Positions 56,578 through 64,000 of a stretch of DNA of 64,000 nt are shown piece after piece. The DNA is from Holophagales bacterium (GTDB lineage Bacteria; Acidobacteriota; Thermoanaerobaculia; Multivoradales; UBA5704), in NCBI GenBank assembly GCA_031390755.1, contig JANMTS010000060.1, forward strand, positions 700 to 64,699, read 5' to 3'. The translations under genes and the position numbers were made by a program. Every line of letters starts with the position of its first letter. The stretch's first letter is position 1. The notes under the pieces were generated by a model that was not told where the DNA came from, did no database searches, and saw only the letters and a list, made by a program, of their open reading frames with translations.

Positions 56578-57978
56578 ATGAGTGCCTGGCGCGGCGAACG
56601 AAACCCCCGGAGGGCGCTGCACCTGTTCGGGGACGCGTCGATGGGCCTGCTCGCGTTCGCCGCCGCCGTCGTGGTCCGCATCCACCTGCCCCTGCCCTTC
56701 ACGAAGAGCCTGCTGCCGGAGGATCGCCTCCTGGCGCTCTTCGAGGAGTGGATTCCGGTGCTGGCGACCCAGCTCGGCGCCCTCTACTTCTTCGGCTTCT
56801 ACGACCTGCCGCGGCCGCGCAACCTCTCCGAGACGGCCCGCCGGCTCGCCGCGGCCGTGGGCGTCCAGGGGCTCGGCCTGATGGGGTACTACTTCCTGGC
56901 CAACCGGGCCTTCCCGCGCTCCGTCCTTCTCCTTCATCTCATCCTGGGCTTCTTCCTGCTGCTCGCCTGGAGGCTGCTCATCGACCGTGCCGGCGGCGCC
57001 GGGGAACGGCGGGTCGCCATCGTCGGCTGCGGCGACGCGGCGCTGGAGATCGCCGAGGCCCTTCATCTCCATCCCTGGCACGGCCTGCGCGTGGCCGGAT
57101 TCGTGCCGCGCCCCGGCGAGGAGCCGCCGCCGTCCGGAGCCGACCCGCGCCTCGGGCCCTGCCTGGGAACCGCCGACGACCTGCCGGAGCTGCTCGCCAG
57201 CGGCGTGGTGGAGGACATCATCCTCGCCGGCAGCGACGACTCCTGGCAGAGCCGGCTCCTCGACCGGCTGGCCGGCAGCCGCCCGGCCCACACCAACGTC
57301 CTTCTCCTGCCGGGTCCGTTCGAGAGCCTGATCGGCCGCATGCGCTACCGCTGGGTCCACGACCTCCCCCTGGTCGAGGTGGTGCGGGATTCGGAATGGC
57401 GGATCAGCTGGCCGCTGAAGCGAATGCTCGACATCGTCGGCGGGTTGATCCTGCTGATCCTGTCGTTGCCGGTGCTCGCCGCCTGCGCGGTCGCGGTCGC
57501 CGCCACGTCGCCGGGGCCGATCCTCTACCGCCAGATCCGGGTGGGCCACGGCCAGCGGCTGTTCACCCTCCTCAAGCTCCGCACCATGCAGGTGGACGCC
57601 GAAGCCGAGTCCGGGGAGGTGCTCGCCCAGCCGGGCGACCCGCGGCTGACGCGCATCGGCGCGTTCCTCCGCCGTTTCCGGCTGGACGAGATCCCCCAGC
57701 TCCTGAACGTCCTCGAAGGCAGCATGAGCCTGGTCGGCCCCCGGCCCGAGCGTCCAGGATTCGTCCAGAGATATCTTCAGGAAGTGCCGGGCTACGCGGA
57801 GCGCTTTTCGGTCGCGCCCGGCCTGACCGGGCTCGCCCAGGTGAACGGCGACTACCACTCCACCCCGCAGAACAAGCTGCGCTACGAGCTGGCGTACATG
57901 GCCAACCGCTCGCTCTGGCTGGATCTCTCCATCCTGCTGCGGACGGTCAAGATCGTGCTGACCTCGCGCGGGGTGTGA
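56578..57978 (+). CDS. polyprenyl glycosyl-phosphotransferase (exopolysaccharide sugar transferase, WbaP/EpsB-like)
   Basis: Start MSAWRGERN (ATG 56578). TM helices. 'KRMLDIVGGLILLILSLPV', 'LLKLRTM', 'DEIPQLLNVLEGSMSLVGPRPE'. Confidence 0.85.
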   Translation: MSAWRGERNPRRALHLFGDASMGLLAFAAAVVVRIHLPLPFTKSLLPEDRLLALFEEWIPVLATQLGALYFFGFYDLPRPRNLSETARRLAAAVGVQGLGLMGYYFLANRAFPRSVLLLHLILGFFLLLAWRLLIDRAGGAGERRVAIVGCGDAALEIAEALHLHPWHGLRVAGFVPRPGEEPPPSGADPRLGPCLGTADDLPELLASGVVEDIILAGSDDSWQSRLLDRLAGSRPAHTNVLLLPGPFESLIGRMRYRWVHDLPLVEVVRDSEWRISWPLKRMLDIVGGLILLILSLPVLAACAVAVAATSPGPILYRQIRVGHGQRLFTLLKLRTMQVDAEAESGEVLAQPGDPRLTRIGAFLRRFRLDEIPQLLNVLEGSMSLVGPRPERPGFVQRYLQEVPGYAERFSVAPGLTGLAQVNGDYHSTPQNKLRYELAYMANRSLWLDLSILLRTVKIVLTSRGV

Positions 57979-58019
57979 AGTAGCGGAGTGTGAAGTATCT
58001 GAACAGGCTGCTCAGAAAC

Positions 58020-58049
58020 TTGACACGCAGAGCAATCCCGGGCAATACT
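58020..58049 (+). promoter_or_regulatory. sigma-70-like promoter candidate
   Basis: TTGACA (58020-58025), 18-nt spacer, AATACT (58044-58049). It lies 41 nt upstream of ATG 58090 in an AT-richer spacer. Confidence 0.3.
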
Positions 58050-58089
58050 AGAGAATGTCACTCTTTCATCTCGGGTTTGAGGGTTATGT

Positions 58090-61000
58090 ATGAGCCCATA
58101 TAGTTTCAGTGTCGCCCGACGCCTGCGCTTCGCCGTTCTCACGACTGCCACCCTCCTGATTCCTTCAGGCTTTGCATCGGCTGCCACCACGGGTTCCACG
58201 TCTCTCTACACGCCTCAGGGGAATACCGCCGGCACGGGCAATGGTGACTACGTCACCGACACGGGCGGGATGAACACCTTCTACCGGTACTGGATCGAGG
58301 TTCCCGCAGGCCTCAGCCGGCTTGATGTTGACCTCTTCGACGCCGATATCGGTCTCGGCGGTGCCACGGAGGACACGGCGGGACGCGACCGGGACCGCGG
58401 CGGGGCCTACAACACGACGGCCACGTACAGCATCATCGATCCCGGCGGCACCGCGCGGACCACCCGGTTCAATACCGGCAGCCTGACCCTGCCCGCCGGC
58501 TCGGACAATACCTGGTTGACCTTCTACAGCGGCACCGGCAGAACGGTGGCCGATAACTTCAACACCGCCGCCTTCACCAACAACACGGGCACCAACAACT
58601 GGGCTGCCGCCTGGATCGAGAATGACAGCCTGGGCGCCGGGGCAGCGGCAGGCTCGGTCCAGGTCATCACCAACCAGCTTCGCATTCAGGATGCCGGCGC
58701 CACCGGTCTGCCCAGCCTCGAGAGACAGGCCAATCTATCTACCGGCGGCCTGGACATGGGAATGGCGTTCCTCAACTTCGACCTGACCACCTCGGGCAAC
58801 CTGGAAGACAACGACCGGCTCACGGTTCAGGTGTCTCCCGATGGCGGCGCGAACTGGACCAGCCTGAATACGTACCTCAACGACTCCACGGTCAGCGCCA
58901 GCTTCGACATCTCGAGCTTCATTGCGACCAACACACGGATTCGATTCATCGTCGGGCTGGATGGCAACCTGACCGGCACGGAATACTTCTTTGTCGACAA
59001 CGTGGTGATCTCGGACGGCCCCGTGACGGCCGGCCACTGGGAGCTGCGGGTGGCCATGAACGCCGGGGACGACATCAACGGTCTCGGCATCCGCGTTCAC
59101 GACGGCACCTCCGGCGCCGGCGGCACGGAGCTGAACACCTACTTCGATACGTTCAACCAGTTCGGCATCAATCCGCCGGCCTCGGGCACCAACTCCCGCA
59201 GCTACAGCGTCTACCCCTACATCACGGCGACCTGCACCTCGGCCGCGAACGAATTCGACTACGACAGCAACCGGGGAAACACAGGCTCGCTGTCCTTCAC
59301 GAGCCGCCTGGGCACCTTCACCCAGAACTACGACAGCACGGTGCTCTCGGCCGACGATGTCTGGAGCCGCGACACGTTCTCCGGCTGGACGTCGGACACC
59401 GACGCGGTCGACTACGGGATCTGGAGCGGGACGGTCGGCATCTCGTCCTACCTGGTGGGCGGAACGCCGAACGGCAACTACACGACGTTCTACATGAGCA
59501 ACACGCTGGCCGCGGCGAACCCGCCGGCGACCAACCCGATGGCGAACACCTACCGGGTCTACCTGCCGACCGACGCCAACGCCGCCCCGGTGAAGCCCTA
59601 CCTGGAGCAGCAGGTGCGCTGGTCGACGCTCGGGCCGAACCCGCCGCAGGTGGGGCAGATCAGCGGCTACACGGTAACGGTGCGGCTGGTGAATCCCACC
59701 CCGTACTCGGTCACGTTCTCCGCCACAAACCTGGTGACAGCCAACGTTCCCGGCGCCGGCGTCACCTATGGCGGCGTCGCCCAGGTCAGCCAGGGCACGA
59801 TCACCGCCCAGCCGGTCATCGGCGGCACCGGCAACATCACCTGGAACCCCGGCACGGTGACCGCCGGCTCCACGGAGCTTCTGGCGTATCAGGTCCGGGT
59901 GACGCCGACCTCGGCGGGCCAGCGGCTTCCCGTGACCGCGACTCCCGCTTCCGGCAACGGCACCCGCGCCCAGTTCGTGGACGAAACCGGCAACACCACG
60001 CAGACGCGCTCCACGTTCCTCGCCGGCCCGCTCTGCGAGCTGGCGGTGACCCAGGGGCTGCTCACCCAGGCCGTGGTCTCCTCCTTCAAGACGCGGGCGA
60101 ACGAGGACGGCGGCGTGCTCGTCGAGTGGACGACCGCTTCCGAGGCCGGCACCGCCGGGTTCTACCTGTCGCGCTGGGACGCGGCCACGAAGAGCTTCGT
60201 CCGCGTCAGCGAGAGCTTGCTACCCGGCCTGATCCACGCCGACCAGGGCGGCACCTACCGCTTCGTGGATGACGGGGCCTCGCCGAGATCCTCTCAGACC
60301 TACCTCCTGGAGGAGGTCGAGGTCGGCGGCGGCCGCAAGAGCTTCGGACCCTTCACCGGGCTCCCCTCCTGGGAGCGCCCGGAAGGCGCCCGGGCCGCCG
60401 TGGAGACGTTCGAGCGCGAGCCGCACGAGGCGATCCGGCGCACGGGCGCCCCGGCCGTCCCGGACTCCGACGGCGGCGCGATGCGCCAGGCCGTGGCGCC
60501 CGGCATCCGCGGCCCTGCGGACAGCCTCCACATCGCCATCCGCGAGACCGGCCTGTACTACCTTTCGTCCACGGTTCTGTCCTCGAAGTTCGGCGTCACC
60601 GCGGCCGAGATGGAGCGGCTGCTGCCCAAGGGCAAGCTCCTCCTGACTCGCGACGGCATGCCCGTGGCCTGGTATCCCGACTTCGTTCCCCCGGGCAACA
60701 AGACGGCCAAGGGGCTCTACTTCTACGGCGAGGCCGCGGACAGCCTCTACACGCGCGACGCGGTCTACCGCCTCCGGCAGTCGAACGGCTCCGGCGGGCT
60801 GACCATGCTGACGGCTGCCGGCAAGCCCGCCACGGCCGTGCCGGCGGGCGCTTCATTCCCCGCGGCGCTGCCGTCCGAGGTGAACGCCTTCCCGGCCACC
60901 GCCATCTCGCCGGACCCCGAGTCCGACTACTGGTACTGGGACTTCCTGGTGGCCGGCGACGCGACCTACGGTCACAAAACCTACAGCGCCGACGCCCCCG

Positions 61001-62658
61001 GTCTCGCCAGCAGCGGCGGCGCCGGCTCGATCACCCTCAATCTCCAGGGCGCGTCCGACACCGCCACCGCGGGCGAGCATCACGCCGCCGTGGCCGTGAA
61101 CGGCACGGCCGTAGGCGAGATGGAGTGGCAGACCATCGCCCCGCGGCAGGGCACGTTCCCGATCCCCGCCGGAGTGCTCCTGCCGACGGGCAACCAGGTG
61201 CAGGTCACGGCCACGATCGGCAACGGCGCCCCGTACAGCATCCTCTACGTGGACGGCTTCGAGCTCGGCTACCCCCGCGATTTCGCGGCGGCGGCGGACG
61301 GGCTGACCTTCACGGACGGCGGAAGCTCCACGGTGACGGTCACCGGCTTCTCCAGCCCGGCCGTCCGGCTCCTGGACGTCACGGACCCGATGCGGCCCCT
61401 CTGGGTGACCGGCGCGGCCGTCGAGGCCGATCCGGGCGCTCCCGGAACCTGGCGGCTCAGCTTCATCCCGACTCCGGAGGCCCGCTATCTGGCGGCCGGC
61501 CCGGGTGCGCTCAAGGTGCCCCCGGCCATCCGGCGGTGGAGCGAGATCGATCTACACCATTCCTCCCTCGCGGCCGATGTGCTGATCGTCGCCCCCTCGG
61601 GCTTCGAGATTCCGGCCGAGCGCCTCGCGGAGCAACGCCGGAGCCAGGGCCTCACCGCCCAGGTCGTGACCCTCACCCAGGCGGCGGACAGCTTCGGGGA
61701 CGGCGTCGCGACGCCGCAGGCCCTCCAGGCGTTCCTCTCCCACGCCTACACGGGCTGGTTCAGGGCGCCGCGCTACGTGGTGCTGGTGGGAGAGGGCAGC
61801 CTCGACTACCGGAACCTGCAGGGGTACGGCGATTCCGTGATGCCGCCGATCATGATCCAGGGCGAGGGCGGGCTGTTCCCCTCCGACAACCGTTTCGCCG
61901 ATATCGACGGCGACAGCGTGCCCGACATGGCGATCGGCCGCATTCCGGTGGTCACCCCGTCGGAGCTGAACGCCTACGTCGACAAGATCGTGGCCTATGA
62001 AGCCTCGGGCACTCCGGCCTGGGCGGCGAACGCCCTGATGCTGGCCGACTACACGGACGGCGGCGCCGACTTCGCGGCGGACAGCGACCAGCTGGCCTCG
62101 CGGCTGCCGCCGGGCTCGGTGGCGAAGCCGGTCTACCTCTCGACGACGCCGCTGGCGCAGGCCCGCACCGAGCTGCTCCAGGGAATCGAGGACGGCGCGG
62201 CCTGGTTGAACTTCCTCGGGCACGGCGGTCTCGACCGCCTGTCCTCGGACGGCCTGCTCGCCAGCGCCGATGTCGCCGGCCTGACCAACGGTCCGCGGCT
62301 GCCGGTGGTCACGGCGATGACCTGCACGATCAACCGTTTCGCCGTCCCGGGCGTACCTTCTCTGGGAGAGCTTCTGGCAAAGCGTGCGAACGGCGGGGCC
62401 GCCGCGGTCTGGGGGCCTTCGGGTCTCTCCTACCATGGAGAAGCCCGGCAGCTTGCGGAGATCTTCTACCGGTTGGGATCGGCACCCGCCGATCAGCGGC
62501 TGGGCGATATCGTGGTTCGTTCGCTGGACGAGTTCGGCGGACTTGGAGGGGACAGTCGGATGCTGGATATCTATAACTTGCTCGGGGATCCGTCGCTTCT
62601 CGTGCGCAGGGGACCTGCTCCGGTGGCCGAGGGCGGGGGCGGTGTCGACGTTGAGTAG
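58090..62658 (+). CDS. secreted giant peptidase C25 (gingipain-family) protein
   Basis: Signal peptide MSPYSFSVARRLRFAVLTTATLLIPSGFASA. C-terminal C25 core: 'YVVLVGEGSLD', 'FADIDGDSVPDMAIGRIPV', 'WLNFLGHGG' (His), 'VVTAMTCTINRF' (Cys). Confidence 0.8.
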   Translation: MSPYSFSVARRLRFAVLTTATLLIPSGFASAATTGSTSLYTPQGNTAGTGNGDYVTDTGGMNTFYRYWIEVPAGLSRLDVDLFDADIGLGGATEDTAGRDRDRGGAYNTTATYSIIDPGGTARTTRFNTGSLTLPAGSDNTWLTFYSGTGRTVADNFNTAAFTNNTGTNNWAAAWIENDSLGAGAAAGSVQVITNQLRIQDAGATGLPSLERQANLSTGGLDMGMAFLNFDLTTSGNLEDNDRLTVQVSPDGGANWTSLNTYLNDSTVSASFDISSFIATNTRIRFIVGLDGNLTGTEYFFVDNVVISDGPVTAGHWELRVAMNAGDDINGLGIRVHDGTSGAGGTELNTYFDTFNQFGINPPASGTNSRSYSVYPYITATCTSAANEFDYDSNRGNTGSLSFTSRLGTFTQNYDSTVLSADDVWSRDTFSGWTSDTDAVDYGIWSGTVGISSYLVGGTPNGNYTTFYMSNTLAAANPPATNPMANTYRVYLPTDANAAPVKPYLEQQVRWSTLGPNPPQVGQISGYTVTVRLVNPTPYSVTFSATNLVTANVPGAGVTYGGVAQVSQGTITAQPVIGGTGNITWNPGTVTAGSTELLAYQVRVTPTSAGQRLPVTATPASGNGTRAQFVDETGNTTQTRSTFLAGPLCELAVTQGLLTQAVVSSFKTRANEDGGVLVEWTTASEAGTAGFYLSRWDAATKSFVRVSESLLPGLIHADQGGTYRFVDDGASPRSSQTYLLEEVEVGGGRKSFGPFTGLPSWERPEGARAAVETFEREPHEAIRRTGAPAVPDSDGGAMRQAVAPGIRGPADSLHIAIRETGLYYLSSTVLSSKFGVTAAEMERLLPKGKLLLTRDGMPVAWYPDFVPPGNKTAKGLYFYGEAADSLYTRDAVYRLRQSNGSGGLTMLTAAGKPATAVPAGASFPAALPSEVNAFPATAISPDPESDYWYWDFLVAGDATYGHKTYSADAPGLASSGGAGSITLNLQGASDTATAGEHHAAVAVNGTAVGEMEWQTIAPRQGTFPIPAGVLLPTGNQVQVTATIGNGAPYSILYVDGFELGYPRDFAAAADGLTFTDGGSSTVTVTGFSSPAVRLLDVTDPMRPLWVTGAAVEADPGAPGTWRLSFIPTPEARYLAAGPGALKVPPAIRRWSEIDLHHSSLAADVLIVAPSGFEIPAERLAEQRRSQGLTAQVVTLTQAADSFGDGVATPQALQAFLSHAYTGWFRAPRYVVLVGEGSLDYRNLQGYGDSVMPPIMIQGEGGLFPSDNRFADIDGDSVPDMAIGRIPVVTPSELNAYVDKIVAYEASGTPAWAANALMLADYTDGGADFAADSDQLASRLPPGSVAKPVYLSTTPLAQARTELLQGIEDGAAWLNFLGHGGLDRLSSDGLLASADVAGLTNGPRLPVVTAMTCTINRFAVPGVPSLGELLAKRANGGAAAVWGPSGLSYHGEARQLAEIFYRLGSAPADQRLGDIVVRSLDEFGGLGGDSRMLDIYNLLGDPSLLVRRGPAPVAEGGGGVDVE

Positions 62659-62674
62659 CCAGGAGGGGCGCGTC

Positions 62675-62866
62675 ATGGAACCCCGAGAGTCCGGGGACAA
62701 CGATTCATCCGGCGCCGGAAGTCTTGCCGGCGCCGTCAAGCGGTCCTATGCACCGCCTCGGATCCTGTACCGGGAGCCGCTGGAGGCCATGGCCGCGGTG
62801 TGCGCGCCGACGCCTCCCGCCAAAGGCAGCGTGGCCTTCTGCTCCCAGGGTCCGATTTCGTCCTGA
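62675..62866 (+). CDS. candidate RiPP precursor peptide (63 aa)
   Basis: AGGAGG (62660-62665) lies 9 nt before ATG 62675. MEPRESGDNDSSGAGSLAGAVKRSYAPPRILYREPLEAMAAVCAPTPPAKGSVAFCSQGPISS. It ends 6 nt from the stop of the convergent radical SAM gene. Confidence 0.4.
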   Translation: MEPRESGDNDSSGAGSLAGAVKRSYAPPRILYREPLEAMAAVCAPTPPAKGSVAFCSQGPISS

Positions 62867-62872
62867 AGGGAT

Positions 62873-63994
62873 CTACTGGATGATGGGGAGGAGGTTTCTC
62901 CTCCCCACCGTTCCGGCTGTTTCGACGGTTCCGGCCGTCTCGCCCGCCCCCACCGCCTCGTCCGTCACTTCCATCCGCAGCACCGCTTCCGGGTACACCG
63001 CAAGCGGGTTCCCCGTCCGGGTCACGGCCGAGCCCGGGCAAAAGTTGAGGAAGCTCCCGGACGGACCGTAGGCGGCCACCACCGTCTTCGCCTCGGCCGT
63101 CAGCCCCCGCACCTCGCGCAGGCCGGTGGAGCCGGCCCAGATCTCGCGGATCGAGCTGGTATGAAGATTCCCCACCGCCCGCCGCCACTGCACGCAGGGG
63201 TAGACGTTGCCGAACGGGTCCACGGCCACCCCCGCCGAGCCGGCGCCGCAATGCTTGTCGGTCGACGCCGGCAGCGTACCGTCGTCCGCGCCCCGAGCAA
63301 CGGCAACCTGGCCTCCTCCGGCCGCGCGGGCGCGGGCCAGCTGAAGGTCGAAGAGCCGGCGCACGCCCTCGCGGCTGGGCGCCACGACCAGCGGGCTGCG
63401 GTCGCCGTCGTCCCGCGGCGAGACCTCGGGGTCGACCTGGATGGGCAGCCCCAGGGAGGCCGCCAGGTCCAGCATCCCCTCGGCCTCGTTCTCGTTGTAG
63501 GCGGTGAGCGTGCTGTTGATCTTGACCCGGAAGCCGAGGTCGAGCATCTCCCGGAGGTTCTCCATCAGGCGCTCGAAGCTGCCGGGCACCTGCGTCTGGC
63601 GGTCGTGCGTGGCCGCCGTGGCGCCGTGCAGGCTCACCTCGACGAGGAACGGATCGACCTCGTCGCGGATGCGCCGCGCCATCTCGCCGCGGAAGGCATG
63701 GCCGTTCGACTTGATGCGGACCACGAAGCCCAGCTCCTTCGCGCGGGCGCCGAGGGCCAGGAAGTCGGGATGCGCCAGCGGCTCGCCGCCGGACAGGGTG
63801 AGGTTCATCACCTGGAGGTCGCGGAGATCCTCGAAGAACCGGAAGTACTGGTCGCGCGTCAGCGGCTCGCCGCGCAGGCCGAGATCGTTGTAGCAGAAGA
63901 AGCAGTCGAGGTTGCAGCGGTACGTCAGCTCGACCAGCACGGAGAACAGGAGGTTCTGCCGCCAGGCGGTGGCGACGATCCGGGAGAGGCTCAC
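62873..63994 (-). CDS. radical SAM/SPASM-domain peptide-modifying enzyme
   Basis: 'LTYRCNLDCFFCY' CxxxCxxC cluster, 'LTLSGGEPL', and a C-terminal Cys-rich 'HCGAGSAGVAVDPFGNVYPCV...FCPG' SPASM-like region. Confidence 0.85.
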   Translation of the reverse strand: MSLSRIVATAWRQNLLFSVLVELTYRCNLDCFFCYNDLGLRGEPLTRDQYFRFFEDLRDLQVMNLTLSGGEPLAHPDFLALGARAKELGFVVRIKSNGHAFRGEMARRIRDEVDPFLVEVSLHGATAATHDRQTQVPGSFERLMENLREMLDLGFRVKINSTLTAYNENEAEGMLDLAASLGLPIQVDPEVSPRDDGDRSPLVVAPSREGVRRLFDLQLARARAAGGGQVAVARGADDGTLPASTDKHCGAGSAGVAVDPFGNVYPCVQWRRAVGNLHTSSIREIWAGSTGLREVRGLTAEAKTVVAAYGPSGSFLNFCPGSAVTRTGNPLAVYPEAVLRMEVTDEAVGAGETAGTVETAGTVGRRNLLPIIQ

Positions 63995-64000
63995 GGCCGG

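Overview
High-GC bacterial chromosomal window (most 60-nt lines look about 65-80% G+C by eye). The gene content resembles soil Acidobacteriota-like organisms, but that taxon is only a guess. I call about 45 protein-coding genes and recognise no rRNA, tRNA, CRISPR array, transposase or integrase.

Layout:
- 1-19.7 kb: secreted TPR and FG-GAP/ASPIC-UnbV (CRTAC1-like) proteins, a STAS-like gene, a giant eukaryote-style acyl-CoA carboxylase with a truncated biotin-carboxylase module, a VIT/vWA protein, a PqqB-like MBL hydrolase and a decayed Phd/VapC toxin-antitoxin pair.
- 19.8-47.8 kb: the centrepiece. A sigma-54 enhancer-binding protein sits next to a near-consensus -24/-12 promoter. That promoter heads a roughly 26.5-kb, single-strand, tightly coupled contractile injection system (eCIS/tailocin-like) operon: two sheath-tube pairs, a chaperone-like ORF, a DUF4255 cap, an AAA+ ATPase, a LysM tube initiator, gpD hub, gpV/VgrG-like spike, PAAR, gp25, two J-like baseplate proteins, a gpI-like/NHL protein and a collagen-like fibre. 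It ends in a 1186-aa putative payload whose low-GC C-terminus carries a PD-(D/E)xK-like motif and overlaps a putative immunity gene.
- 48-64 kb: an AAA-ATPase/PD-(D/E)xK protein, a repeat-dense AT-rich spacer, a hydrolase, a pilT/zinc-ribbon/NTF2-like operon, an aldolase/SDR fusion, metF, a sugar phosphotransferase, a 1522-aa C25 peptidase, and a candidate RiPP precursor convergent with a radical SAM/SPASM enzyme.

Unusual signals:
- a G7 slippery tract that would fuse the chaperone-like ORF to a start-less downstream ORF by -1 frameshifting;
- a roughly 1-kb repeat block bounded by 60-bp inverted hairpin repeats, held in frame inside the gene at the tape-measure position;
- the same hairpin-repeat family inserted in frame in an FG-GAP gene.

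Many long antisense or alternative-frame ORFs in the track are GC-driven artefacts. Coordinates were indexed by hand.
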